From the NCBI GenBank assembly GCA_964016885.1, contig OZ024745.1:8246001-8310000 (forward strand): DNA of 64,000 nt, written 5' to 3'. The position numbers and the translations under genes were made by a program. Shown here piece after piece: positions 15,001 to 30,000 of this stretch (within the stretch, counting starts at the first letter, position 1; every line of letters begins with the position of its first letter). The notes under the pieces were generated by a model. It was not told the origin of the DNA, searched no databases, and saw nothing but the letters and a program-made list of their open reading frames with translations. This DNA comes from Eledone cirrhosa (lineage: Eukaryota).

Positions 15001-18000
15001 GACAGGCTGAGTGTTATAGTCAAGACACTTAAGCCTAGTGACGGGCTGAGTGTTATAGTCAAGACACTTAAGCTTAGTGACAGGCTGTGTTATAGTCAAG
15101 ACTCTTAAGCTTAATGAGAGACTGATTGTTATAATCAAGACCCTTAAGCTGACTGACAGACTGAGTGTTATAGTAAAGACACTTAAGCTTAGTGACAGGC
15201 TGAGTGTTATACTCAAGACACTTAAGCTTAGTGACAGGCTGGGTGTTATAGTCAAGACACTTATGCTTAGTAACAGGCTGAGTGTTATAGTCAAGACACT
15301 TACGCTTAGTGACAGGCTTAGTGTTATAGTCAAGTCACTTAAGCTTAGTGACAGGCTGAGCGTTATAGTCAAGACACTTAAGCCTAGTGACAGGCTTAGT
15401 GTTATAATCAAGAAAACTTAAGCTTAGTGACAGGCTGAGTGTTATACTCAAGACACTTAAGCATAGTGAAAGGCTGAGTGTAATAGTCAAGACACTTAAG
15501 CTTAGTGACAGGCTGAGTGCTATACTCAAGACACTTAAGCTTAGTGATGGGCTGAGTGTTATAGTCAAGACACTTAAGCTTAGTGTCAGGCTGAGTGTTA
15601 TAGTCAAGTCACTTAAGCTTAGTGACAGGCTGAGTGTTATAGTGAAGACACTTAAGCTTAGTGACAGGCTGAGTGTTATAGTCAAGACACTTAAGCTTAG
15701 TGACAGGCTGAGTGTTATAATCAAGACACTTAATCTTAGTGACAAGCTTTTGGTTATACTCAAGACACTTAACCTTAGAGACAGGCTGAATATTATAGTC
15801 AAGACACTTAAGCTTAGTGACGGGCTGAGTGTTATACTCAAGACACTTAAGCTTAGTGACAGGCTGTGTATTATATTCAAGACACTTAAGCTTAGTGACG
15901 GGCTGAGTGTTATAATCAAGTCACTTAAACTTAGTGACAGGCTGAGTGTTATACTCAAGACACTTAAACTTAGTGACAGGCTGAGTGTTATACTCAAGAC
16001 ACTTAAACTTAGTGACAGGCTGAGTGTTATAATCAAGACACTTAAGCCTAGTGACAGGCTTAGTGTAATAGTCAAGACACCTAAGCTTAGTGACAGGCTG
16101 AGTGTTATACTCAAGACACTTAAGTTAGTGACGGGCTGAGTGTTATATTCAAGACACTTAAGCTTAGTGACAGACTAAGTGTTATAGTCAAGACACTTAA
16201 GCATAGTGACAGGCTGAGTGTTATAATCAAGACACTTAAGCTGACTGATAGACTGAGTGTTATAGTAAAGACACTTAAGCTTAGTGACAGGCTGAGTGTT
16301 ATACTCAAGACACTTAAGCTTAGTGACAGGCTGAGTGTTATAATCAAGACACTTAAGCCTAGTGACAGGCTTAGTGTAATACTCAAGACACTTAAGCTTA
16401 GTGACGGGCTGAGTGTTATAGTCAAGACACTTAAGCTTAGTGACAGACTGAGTGTTATAATAAAGACTCTTAAGCTTAGAGAGAGACTGATTGTTATAAT
16501 CAAGACACTTAAGCTGACTGACAGACTGAGGGTTATAGTAAAGACACACAAGCTTAGTGACAGGCTGAGTGTTATACTCAAGACATTTAAGCTTAGTGAC
16601 AGGCTGGGTGTTATAGTCAAGACACTTATGCTTAGTAACAGGCGGAGTGTTATAGTCAAGACACTTACGCTTAGTGACAGGCTTAGTATTATAGTCAAGT
16701 CACTTAAGCTTAGTGACAGGCTGGGCGTTATAGTCAAGACACTTAAGCTTAGTGACAGGCTTAGTGTTATAATCAAGAAAACTTAAGCTTAGTGACAGGC
16801 TGAGTGTTATACTCAAGACACTTAAGCATAGTGACAGGCTGAGTGTAATAGTCAAGACACTTATGCTTAGTGACAGGATGAGTGCTATACTCAAGACACT
16901 TAAGCTTAGTGACGGGCTGAGTGTTATAGTCAAGACACTTAAGCTTAGTGACAGGCTGAGTGTTATAGTCAAGTCACTTAAGCTTAGTGACAGGCTGAGT
17001 GTTATTGTCAAGACACTTAAGCTTAGTGACAGGCTGAGTGTTATAGTCAAGACACTTAATCTTAGTGACAAGCTTTTGGTTATAATCAAGACACTTAAGA
17101 TTAGAGACAGGCTGAATATTATAGTCAAGACACTTAAGCTTAGTGACGGGCTGAGTGTTATACTCAAGACACTTAAGCTTAGTGACAGGCTGTGTATTAT
17201 ATTCAAGACACTTAAGCTGAGTGACGGGCTGAGTGTTATAATCAAGTCAGTTAAACTTAGTGACAGGCTGAGTGTTATACTCAAGACACTTAAGCTTAGT
17301 GACAGGCTGAGTGTTATAATCAAGACACTTAAGCCTAGTGACAGGCTGAGTGTTATAATCAAGACACTTAAGCCTAGTGACAGGCTTATTGTAATAGTCA
17401 AGACACTTAAGCTTAGTGACAGGCTGAGTGTTATACTCAAGACACTTAAGTTAGTGACGGGCTGAGTGTTATATTCAAGACACTTAAGCTTATTGACAGA
17501 CTAAGTGTTATAGTCAAGACACTTAAGCATAGTGACAGGCTGAGTGTTATAATCAAGACACTTAAGCTGACTGATAGACTGAGTGTTATAGTAAAGACAC
17601 TTAAGCTTAGTGACAGGCTGAGTGTTATACTCAAGACACTTAAGCTTAGTGACAGGCTGAGTGTTATAATCCAGACACGTAAGCCTAGTGACAGGCTTAG
17701 TGTAATACTCAAGACATTTAAGCTTAGTGACGTCTGAGTGTTATAGTAAAGACACTTTACCTTAGTGACAGGCTGAGTGTTATAGTCAAGACACTTAAGC
17801 TTAGTGACAGGCTGAGTGTTATAATCAAGACACTTAAGCTTAGTGACAGGCTGAGTGTTATAGTCAAGACCCTTAAGCTTAGTGACGGGCTGAGTGTTAT
17901 TGTCAAGACACTTAAGCTTAGTGACAGGCTGAGTGTTATAGTCAAGACTCTTAAGCTTAGTGAGAGACTGATTGTTATAATCAAGACACTTAAGCTGACT

Positions 18001-21000
18001 GACAGACTGGGTGTTATAGTAAAGACACTTAAGCTTAGTGACAGGCTGAGTGTTATACTCAAGACACTTAAGCCTAGTGACAGGGTGAGTGTTATAGTCA
18101 AGACACTTAATCTTAGTGACAGGCTGAGTGTTATAGTCAAGACACTTAAGCTTAGTGACAGGCTGAGTGTTATAGTCAAGACTCTTAAGCTTAGTGAGAG
18201 ACTGATTGTTATAATCAAGACACTTAAGCTGACTGACAGACTGAGGGTTGTAGTAAAGACACTTAAGCTTAGTGACAGGCTGAGTGTTATACTCAAGACA
18301 CTTAAGCTTAATGACAGGCTGGGTGTTATAGTCAAGACACTTATGCTTAGTAACAGGCGGAGTGTTATAGTCAAGACACTTACGCTTAGTGACAGGCTTA
18401 GTATTATAGTCAAGTCACTTAAGCTTAGTGACAGGCTGAGCGTTATAGTCAACACACTTAAGCTTAGTGACAGGCTTAGTGTTATAATCAAGCAAACTTA
18501 AGCTTAGTGACAGGCTGAGTGTTATACTCAAGACACTTAAGCATAGTGACAGGCTGAGTGTAATAGTCAAGACACTTATGCTTAGTGACAGGATGAGTGC
18601 TATACTCAAGACACTTAAGCTTAGTGACGGGCTGAGTGTTATAGTCAAGACACTTAAGCTTAGTGACAGGCTGAGTGTTATAGTCAAGTCACTTAAGCTT
18701 AGTGACAGGCTGAGTGTTATTGTCAAGACACTTAAGCTTAGTGACAGGCTGAGTGTTATAGTCAAGACACTTAATCTTAATGACAAGCTTTTGGTTATAC
18801 TCAAGACACTTAAGCTTAGAGACAGGCTGAATATTATAGTCAAGACACTTAAGATTAGTGACGGGCTGAGTGTTATACTCAAGACACTTAAGCTTAGTGA
18901 CAGGCTGTGTATTATATTCAAGACACTTAAGCTTAGTGACGGGCTGAGTGTTATAATCAAGTCACTTAAACTTAGTGACAGGCTGAGTGTTATACTCAAG
19001 ACACTTAAGCTTAGTGACAGGTTGAGTGTTATAATCAAGACACTTAAGCCTAGTGACAGGCTTAGTGTAATAGTCAAGACACTTAAGCTTAGTGACAGGC
19101 TGAGTGTTATACTCAAGACACTTAAGTTAGTGACGGGCTGAGTGTTATATTCAAGACACTTAAGCTTAGTGACAGACTAAGTGTTATAGTCAAGACACTT
19201 AAGCATAGTGACAGGCTGAGTGTTATAATCAAGACACTTAAGCTGACTGATAGACTGAGTGTTATAGTAAAGACACTTAAGCTTAGTGACAGGCTGAGTG
19301 TTATACTCAAGACACTTAAGCTTAGTGACAGGCTGAGTGTTATAATCATGACACTTAAGCCTAGTGAAGGCTTAGTGTAAATACTCCAGACACTTAAGCT
19401 TAGTGACGTCTGAGTGTTATAGTAAAGACACTTTACCTAAGTGACAGGCTGAGTGTTATACTCAAGACACTTAAGTTAGTGACGGGCTGAGTGTTATATT
19501 CAAGACACTTAAGCTTAGTGACAGACTAAGTGTTATAGTCAAGACACTTAAGCATAGTGACAGGCTGAGTGATATAATCAAGACACTTAAGCTGACTGAT
19601 AGACTGAGTGTTATAGTAAAGACACTAAATCTTAGTGACAGGCTGAGTGTTAAACTCAAGACACTTAAGCTTAGTGACAGGCTGAGTGTTATAATCCAGA
19701 CACTTAAGCCTAGTGACAGGCTTAGTGTAATACTCAAGACATTTAAGCTTAGTGACGTCTGAGTGTTATAGTAAAGACACTTTACCTTAGTGACAGGCTG
19801 AGTGTTATAGTCAAGACACTTAAGCTTAGTGACAGGCTGAGTGTTATAATCAAGACACTTAAGCTTAGTGACAGGCTGAGTGTTATAGTCAAGACCCTTA
19901 AGCTTTGTGACGGGCTGAGTGTTATTGTCAAGACACTTAAGCTTAGTGACAGGCTGAGTGTTATAGTCAAGACTCTTAAGCTTAGTGAGAGACTGATTGT
20001 TATAATCAAGACACTTAAGCTGACTGACAGACTGGGTGTTATAGTAAAGACACTTAAGCTTAGTGACAGGCTGAGTGTTATACTCAAGACACTTAAGCTT
20101 AGTGACAGGCTGGGTGTTATAGTCAAGACACTTACGCTTAGTGACAGGCTTAGTATTATAGTCAAGTCACTTAAGCTTAGTGACAGGCTGGGCGTTATAG
20201 TCAAGACACTTAAGCTTAGTGACAGGCTTAGTGTTATAATCAAGAAAACTTAAGCTTAGTGACAGGCTGAGTGTTATACTCAAGACACTTAAGCATAGTG
20301 ACAGGCTGAGTGTAATAGTCAAGACACTTATGCTTAGTGACAGGATGAGTGCTATACTCAAGACACTTAAGCTTAGTGACGGGCTGAGTGTTATAGTCAA
20401 GACACTTAAGCTTAGTGACAGGCTGAGTGTTATAGTCAAGTCACTTAAGCTTAGTGACAGGCTGAGTGTTATTGTCAAGACACTTAAGCTTAGTGACAGG
20501 CTGAGTGTTATAGTCAAGACACTTAATCTTAGTGACAAGCTTTTGGTTATAATCAAGACACTTAAGATTAGAGACAGGCTGAATATTATAGTCAAGACAC
20601 TTAAGCTTAGTGACGGGCTGAGTGTTATACTCAAGACACTTAAGCTTAGTGACAGGCTGTGTATTATATTCAAGACAATTAAGCTGAGTGACGGGCTGAG
20701 TGTTATAATCAAGTCAGTTAAACTTAGTGACAGGCTGAGTGTTATACTCAAGACACTTAAGCTTAGTGACAGGCTGAGTGTTATAATCAAGACACTTAAG
20801 CCTAGTGACAGGCTGAGTGTTATAATCAAGACACTTAAGCCTAGTGACAGGCTTATTGTAATAGTCAAGACACTTAAGCTTAGTGACAGACTGAGTGTTA
20901 TACTCAAGACACTTAAGTTAGTGACGGGCTGAGTGTTATATTCAAGACACTTAAGCTTAGTGACAGACTAAGTGTTATAGTCAAGACACTTAAGCTTAGT

Positions 21001-24000
21001 GACAGGCTGAGTGTTATAGTCAAGACCCTTAAACTTTGTGACGGGCTGAGTGTTATTGTCAAGACACTTAAGCTTAGTGACAGGCTGAGTGTTATAGTCA
21101 AGACTCTTAAGCTTAGTGAGAGACTGATTGTTATAATCAAGACACTTAAGCTGACTGACAGACTGGGTGTTATAGTAAAGACACTTAAGCTTAGTGACAG
21201 GCTGAGTGTTATACTCAAGACACTTAAGCTTAGTGACAGGCTGGGTGTTATAGTCAAGACACTTACGCTTAGTGACACGCTTAGTATTATAGTCAAGTCA
21301 CTTAAGCTTAGTGACAGGCTTAGTGTTATAATCAAGAAAACTTAAGCTTAGTGACAGGCTGAGTGTTATACTCAAGACACTTAAGCATAGTGACAGGCTG
21401 AGTGTAATAGTCAAGACACTTATGCTTAGTGACAGGATGAGTGCTATACTCAAGACACTTAAGTTAGTGACGGGCTGAGTGTTATATTGAAGACACTTAA
21501 GCTTTGTGACAGACTAAGTGTTATAGTCAAGACACTTAAGCATAGTGACAGGCTGAGTGTTATAATCAAGACACTTAAGCTGACTGATAGACTGAGTGTT
21601 ATAGTAAAGACACTTAAGCTTAGTCACAGGCTGAGTGTTATACTCAAGACACTTAAGCTTAGTGACAGGCTGAGTGTTATAATCATGACACTTAAGCCTA
21701 GTGAAGGCTTAGTGTAAATACTCCAGACACTTAAGCTTAGTGACGTCTGAGTGTTATAGTAAAGACACTTTACCTTAGTGACAGGCTGAGTGTTATACTT
21801 AAGACACTTAAGTTAGTGACGGGCTGAGTGTTATATTCAAGACACTTAAGCTTAGTGACAGACTAAGTGTTATAGTCAAGACACTTAAGCATAGTGACAG
21901 GCTGAGTGTTATAATCAAGACACTTAAGCTGACTGATAGACTGAGTGTTATAGTAAAGACACTTAAGCTTAGTGACAGGCTGAGTGTTATACTCAAGACA
22001 CTTAAGCTTAGTGACAGGCTGAGTGTTATAATCCAGACTCTTAAGCCTAGTGACAGGCTTAGTGTAATACTCAAGACATTTAAGCTTAGTGACGTCTGAG
22101 TGATATAGTAAAGACACTTTACCTTAGTGACAGGCTGAGTGTTATAGTCAAGACACTTAAGCTTAGTGACAGGCTGAGTGTTATAATCAAGACACTTAAG
22201 CTTAGTGACAGGCTGAGTGTTATAGTCAAGACCCTTAAGCTTTGTGACGGGCTGAGTGTTATTGTCAAGACACTTAAGCTTAGTGACAGGCTGAGTGTTA
22301 TAGTCAAGACTCTTAAGCTTAGTGAGAGACTGATTGTTATAATCAAGACACTTAAGCTGACTGACAGACTGGGTGTTATAGTAAAGACACTTAAGCTTAG
22401 TGACAGGCTGAGTGTTATACTCAAGACACTTAAGCCTAGTGACAGGGTGAGTGTTATAGTCAAGACACTTAATCTTAGTGACAGGCTGAGTGTTATAGTC
22501 AAGACACTTAAGCTTAGTGACAGGCTGAGTGTTATAGTCAAGACTCTTAAGCTTAGTGAGAGACTGATTGTTATAATCAAGACACTTAAGCTGACTGACA
22601 GACTGAGGGTTATAGTAAAGACACTTAAGCTTAGTGACAGGCTTAGTGTTATACTCAAGACACTTAAGCTTAGTGACAGGCCGGGTGTTATAGTCAAGAC
22701 ACTTATGCTTAGTAACAGGCGGAGTGTTATAGTCAAGACACTTACGCTTAGTGACAGGCTTAGTATTATAGTCAAGTCACTTAAGCTTAGTGACAGGCTG
22801 AGCGTTATAGTCAAGACACTTAAGCTTAGTGACAGGCTTACTGTTATAATCAAGAAAACTTAAGCTTAGTGACAGGCTGAGTGTTATACTCAAGACACTT
22901 AAGCATAGTGACAGGCTGAGTGTAATAGTCAAGACACTTATGCTTAGTGACAGGATGAGTGCTATACTCAAGACACTTAAGCTTAGTGACGGGCTGAGTG
23001 TTATAGTCAAGACACTTAAGCTTAGTGACAGGCTGAGTGTTATAGTCAAGTCACTTAAGCTTAGTGACAGGCTGAGTGTTATTGTCAAGACACTTAAGCT
23101 TAGTGACAGGCTGAGTGTTATAGTCAAGACACTTAAACTTAGAGACAGGCTGAATATTATAGTCAAGACACTTAAGATTAGTGACGGGCTGAGTGTTATA
23201 CTCAAGACACTTAAGCTTAGTGACAGGCTGTGTATTATATTCAAGACACTTAAGCTTAGTGACGGGCTGAGTGTTATAATCAAGTCACTTAAACTTAGTG
23301 ACAGGCTGAGTGTTATACTCAAGACACTGAAGCTTAGTGACAGGCTGAGTGTTATAATCAAGACACTTAAGCCTAGTGACAGGCTTAGTGTAATAGTCAA
23401 GACACTTAAGCTTAGTGACAGGCTGAGTGTTATACTCAAGACACTTAAGTTAGTGACGGGCTGAGTGTTATATTCAAGACACTTAAGCTTAGTGAGAGAC
23501 TAAGTGTTATAGTCAAGACACTTAAGCATAGTGACAGGCTGAGTGTTATAATCAAGACACTTAAGCTGACTGATAGACTGAGTGTTATAGTAAAGACACT
23601 TAAGCTTAGTGACAGGCTGAGTGTTATACTCAAGACACTTAAGCTTAGTGACAGGCTGAGTGTTATAATCATGACACTTAAGCCTAGTGAAAGGCTTAGT
23701 ATAAATACTCAAGACACTTAAGCTTAGTGACGTCTGAGTGTTATAGTAAAGACACTTTACCTTAGTGACAGGCTGAGTGTTATAGTCAAGACACTTAAGC
23801 TTAGTGACAGGCTGAGTGTTATAATCAAGACTCTTAAGCTTAGTGAGAGACTGATTGTTATAATCAAGACACTTAAGCTGACTGACAGACCGGGTGTTAT
23901 AGTAAAGACACTTAAGCTTAGTGACAGGCTGAGTGTTATACTCAAGACACTTAAGCTGAGTGACAGGCTGAGTGTTATAGTCAAGACTCTTAAGCTTAGT

Positions 24001-27000
24001 GAGAGACTGATTGTTATAATCAAGACACTTAAGCTGACTGACAGACTGGGTGTTATAGTAAAGACACTTAAGCTTAGTGACAGGCTGAGTTTTATACTCA
24101 AGACACTTAAGCTTAGTGACAGGGTGAGTGTTATAGTCAAGACTCTTAAGCTTAGTGAGAGACTGATTGTTATAATCAAGACACTTAAGCTGACTGACAG
24201 ACTGAGGGTTATAGTAAAGACACTTAAGCTTAGTGACAGGCTGAGTGTTATACTCAAGACACTTAAGCTTAGTGACAGGGTGAGTGTTATAGTCAAGACA
24301 CTTAATCTTATTGACAGGCTGAGTGTTATAGTCAAGACACTTAATCTTAGTGACAGGCTGAGTATTATAGTCAAGACTCTTAAGCTTAGTGAGAGACTGA
24401 TTGTTATAATCAAGACACTTAACTGACTGACAGACTGAGTGTTATAGTAAAGACACTTAAGCTTAGTGACAGGCTGAGTGTTATACTCAAGACACTTAAG
24501 CTTATTGACAGGGAGAGTGTTATAGTCAAGACACTTAATCTTAGTGACAGGCTGAGTGTTATAATCAAGTCACTTAAACTTAGTGACAGGCTGAGTGTTA
24601 TACTCAAGACACTTAAGCTTAGTGACAGGCAGGGTGTTATAGTCAAGACACTTAAGCTTAGTGACAGGCTGAGTGTTATAGTCAAGACACTTAAGCTTAG
24701 TGACAGGCTGAGTGTTATAATCAAGACACTTAAGCTTAGTGACTGGCTGAGTGTTATAGTCAAGACACTTAAGCTTAGTGACAGGCTGAGTGTAATAGTC
24801 AAGACACTTAAGCTTAGTGACAGGCTGAGTGCTATACTCAAGACACTTAAGCTTAGTGACGGGCTGAGTGTTATAGTGAAGACACTTAAGCTTAGTGACA
24901 GGCTGAGTGTTATAGTCAAGTCACTTAAGCTTAGTGACAGGCTGAGTGTTATAGTCAAGACACTTAAGCTTAGTGACAGGCTGAGTGTTATAGTCAAGAC
25001 ACTTAAGCTTAGTGACAGGCTGAGTGTTATAGTCAAGACACTTAAGCTTAGTGACAGGCTGAGTGTAATAGTCAAGACACTTAAGCTTAGTGACAGACTG
25101 AGTATTATAGTCAAGACACTTAAGCTTAGTGACAGGCTGAGTGTTATACTCAAGACACTTAAGCTTAGTGACATGCTGAGTATTTTATTCAAGACACTTA
25201 AGCTTAGTGACGGGCTGAGTGTTATAATCAAGTCACTTAAACTTAGTGACAGGCTGAGTGTTATACTCAAGACACTTAAGCTTAGTGACAGGCTGTGTGT
25301 TATAGTCAAGACACTTAATCTTAGTAACAGGCTGAGTGTTATAATCAATACACTTAAGCCTAGTGACAGTCTTAGTGTAATAGTCAAGACACTTAAGCTT
25401 TGTGACAGGCTGAGTGTTATATTCAAGATACTTAAGTTAGTGACGGACTGAGTGTTATAGTCAAGACACTTAAGCTTAGTGACAGACTAAGTGTTATAGT
25501 CAAGACACTTAAGCATAGTGACAGGCTGAGTGTTATAATCAAGACACTTAAGCTGACTGACAGACTGAGTGTTATAGTAAAGACACTGATGCTTAGTGAC
25601 AGGCTGAGTGTTATAGTCAAGACACTTAAGCTTAGTGACAGGCTGAGTGTAATAGTCAAGACACTTAAGCTTAGTGACAGGCTGAGTGCTATACTCAAGA
25701 CACTTAAGCTTAGTGACGGGCTGAGTGTTATAGTCAAGACACTTAAGCTTAGTGACAGGCTGAGTGTTATAGTCAAGTCACTTAAGCTTAGTGACAGGCT
25801 GAGTGTTATAGTCAAGACACTTAAGCTTAGTGACAGGCTGAGTGTTATAGTCAAGACACTTAAGCTTAGTGACAGGCTGAGTGTTATAATCAAGACACTT
25901 AATCTTAGTGACAAGCTTTTGGTTATACTCAAGACACTTAAGCTTAGTGACAGGCTGAGTATTATAGTCAAGACACTTAAGCTTAGTGACAGGCTGAGTG
26001 TTATACTCAAGATACTTAAGCTTAGTGACAGGTTGAGTATTATATTCAAGACACTTAAGCTTAGTGACGGGCTGAGTGTTATAATGAAGTCACTTAAACT
26101 TAGTGACAGGCTGAGTGTTATACTCAAGACACTTAAGCTTAGTGACAGGCTGGGTGTTATAGTCAAGACACTTAAGCTTAGTAACAGGCTGAGTGTTATA
26201 ATCAAGACACTTAAGCCTAGTGACAGGCTTAGTGTAATAGTCAAGACACTTAAGCTTTGTGACAGGCTGAGTGTTATATTCAAGACACTTATGTTAGTGA
26301 CGGACTGAGTGTTATAGTCAAGACACTTAAGCTTAGTGACAGACTAAGTGTTATAGTCAAGACACTTAAGCATAGTGACAGGCTGAGTGTTATAATCAAG
26401 ACACTTAAGCTGACTGACAGACTGAGTGTTATAGTAAAGACACTTAAGCTTAGTGACAGGCTGAGTGTTATACTCAAGACACTTAAGCTTAGTGACAGGC
26501 TGAGTATTTTATTCAAGACACTTAAGCTTAGTGACGGGCTGAGTGTTATAATCAAGTCACTTAAACTTAGTGACAGGCTGAGTGTTATACTCAAGACACT
26601 TAAGCTTAGTGACAGGCTGGGTGTTATAGTCAAGACACTTAATCTTGGTAACAGGCTGAGTGTTATAATCAATACACTTAAGCCTAGTGACAGTCTTAGT
26701 GTAATAGTCAAGACACTTAAGCTTTGTGACAGGCTGAGTGTTATATTCAAGATACTTAAGTTAGTGACGGACTGAGTGTTATAGTCAAGACACTTAAGCT
26801 TAGTGACAGACTAAGTGTTATAGTCAAGACACTTAAGCATAGTGACAGGCTGAGTGTTATAATCAAGACACTTAAGCTGACTGACAGACTGAGTGTTATA
26901 GTAAAGACACTGATGCTTAGTGACAGGCTGAGTGTTATAGTCAAGACACTTAAGCTTAGTGACAGGCTGAGTGTAATAGTCAAGACACTTAAGCTTAGTG

Positions 27001-30000
27001 ACAGGCTGAGTGCTATACTCAAGACACTTAAGCTTAGTGACGGGCTGAGTGTTATAGTCAAGACACTTAAGCTTAGTGACAGGCTGAGTGTTATAGTCAA
27101 GTCACTTAAGCTTAGTGACAGGCTGAGTGTTATAGTCAAGACACTTAAGCTTAGTGACAGGCTGAGTGTTATAGTCAAGACACTTAAGCTTAGTGACAGG
27201 CTGAGTGTTATAATCAAGACACTTAATCTTAGTGACAAGCTTTAGGTTATACTCAAGACACTTAAGCTTAGTAACAGGCTGAGTATAATAGTCAAGACAC
27301 TTAAGCTTAGTGACAGGCTGAGTGTTATACTCAAGACACTTAAGCTTAGTGACAGGTTGAGTATTATATTCAAGACACTTAAGCTTAGTGACGGGTTGAG
27401 TGTTATAATCAAGTCACTTAAACTTAGTGACAGGCTGAGTGTTATACTCAAGACACTTAAGCTTAGTGACAGGCTGGGTGTTATAGTCAAGACACTTAAG
27501 CTTAGTAACAGGCTGAGTGTTATAATCAAGACACTTAAGCCTAGTGACAGGCTTAGTGTAATAGTCAAGACACTTAAGCTTTGTGACAGGCTGAGTGTTA
27601 TATTCAAGACACTTACGTTAGTGACGGACTGAGTGTTATAGTCAAGACACTTAAGCTTAGTGACAGACTAAGTGTTATAGTCAAGACACTTAAGCATAGT
27701 GACAGGCTGAGTGTTATAATCAAGACACTTAAGCTGACTGATAGACTGAGTGTTATAGTAAAGACACTTAAGCTTAGTGACAGGCTGAGTGTTATACTCA
27801 AGACACTTAAGCTTAGTGACAGGCTGAGTGTTATAATCCAGACTCTTAAGCCTAGTGACAGGCTTAGTGTAATACTCAAGACATTTAAGCTTAGTGACGT
27901 CTGAGTGATATAGTAAAGACACTTTACCTTAGTGACAGGCTGAGTGTTATAGTCAAGACACTTAAGCTTAGTGACAGGCTGAGTGTTATAATCAAGACAC
28001 TTAAGCTTAGTGACAGGCTGAGTGTTATAGTCAAGACCCTTAAGCTTTGTGACGGGCTGAGTGTTATTGTCAAGACACTTAAGCTTAGTGACAGGCTGAG
28101 TGTTATAGTCAAGACTCTTAAGCTTAGTGAGAGACTGATTGTTATAATCAAGACACTTAAGCTGACTGACAGACTGGGTGTTATAGTAAAGACACTTAAG
28201 CTTAGTGACAGGCTGAGTGTTATACTCAAGACACTTAAGCCTAGTGACAGGGTGAGTGTTATAGTCAAGACACTTAATCTTAGTGACAGGCTGAGTGTTA
28301 TAGTCAAGACACTTAAGCTTAGTGACAGGCTGAGTGTTATAGTCAAGACTCTTAAGCTTAGTGAGAGACTGATTGTTATAATCAAGACACTTAAGCTGAC
28401 TGACAGACTGAGGGTTATAGTAAAGACACTTAAGCTTAGTGACAGGCTTAGTGTTATACTCAAGACACTTAAGCTTAGTGACAGGCCGGGTGTTATAGTC
28501 AAGACACTTATGCTTAGTAACAGGCGGAGTGTTATAGTCAAGACACTTACGCTTAGTGACAGGCTTAGTATTATAGTCAAGTCACTTAAGCTTAGTGACA
28601 GGCTGAGCGTTATAGTCAAGACACTTAAGCTTAGTGACAGGCTTACTGTTATAATCAAGAAAACTTAAGCTTAGTGACAGGCTGAGTGTTATACTCAAGA
28701 CACTTAAGCATAGTGACAGGCTGAGTGTAATAGTCAAGACACTTATGCTTAGTGACAGGATGAGTGCTATACTCAAGACACTTAAGCTTAGTGACGGGCT
28801 GAGTGTTATAGTCAAGACACTTAAGCTTAGTGACAGGCTGAGTGTTATAGTCAAGTCACTTAAGCTTAGTGACAGGCTGAGTGTTATTGTCAAGACACTT
28901 AAGCTTAGTGACAGGCTGAGTGTTATAGTCAAGACACTTAAACTTAGAGACAGGCTGAATATTATAGTCAAGACACTTAAGATTAGTGACGGGCTGAGTG
29001 TTATACTCAAGACACTTAAGCTTAGTGACAGGCTGTGTATTATATTCAAGACACTTAAGCTTAGTGACGGGCTGAGTGTTATAATCAAGTCACTTAAACT
29101 TAGTGACAGGCTGAGTGTTATACTCAAGACACTGAAGCTTAGTGACAGGCTGAGTGTTATAATCAAGACACTTAAGCCTAGTGACAGGCTTAGTGTAATA
29201 GTCAAGACACTTAAGCTTAGTGACAGGCTGAGTGTTATACTCAAGAAACTTAAGTTAGTGACGGGCTGAGTGTTATATTCAAGACACTTAAGCTTAGTGA
29301 GAGACTAAGTGTTATAGTCAAGACACTTAAGCATAGTGACAGGCTGAGTGTTATAATCAAGACACTTAAGCTGACTGATAGACTGAGTGTTATAGTAAAG
29401 ACACTTAAGCTTAGTGACAGGCTGAGTGTTATACTCAAGACACTTAAGCTTAGTGACAGGCTGAGTGTTATAATCATGACACTTAAGCCTAGTGAAAGGC
29501 TTAGTATAAATACTCAAGACACTTAAGCTTAGTGACGTCTGAGTGTTATAGTAAAGACACTTTACCTTAGTGACAGGCTGAGTGTTATAGTCAAGACACT
29601 TAAGCTTAGTGACAGGCTGAGTGTTATAATCAAGACTCTTAAGCTTAGTGAGAGACTGATTGTTATAATCAAGACACTTAAGCTGACTGACAGACCGGGT
29701 GTTATAGTAAAGACACTTAAGCTTAGTGACAGGCTGAGTGTTATACTCAAGACACTTAAGCTGAGTGACAGGCTGAGTGTTATAGTCAAGACTCTTAAGC
29801 TTAGTGAGAGACTGATTGTTATAATCAAGACACTTAAGCTGACTGACAGACTGGGTGTTATAGTAAAGACACTTAAGCTTAGTGACAGGCTGAGTTTTAT
29901 ACTCAAGACACTTAAGCTTAGTGACAGGGTGAGTGTTATAGTCAAGACTCTTAAGCTTAGTGAGAGACTGATTGTTATAATCAAGACACTTAAGCTGACT

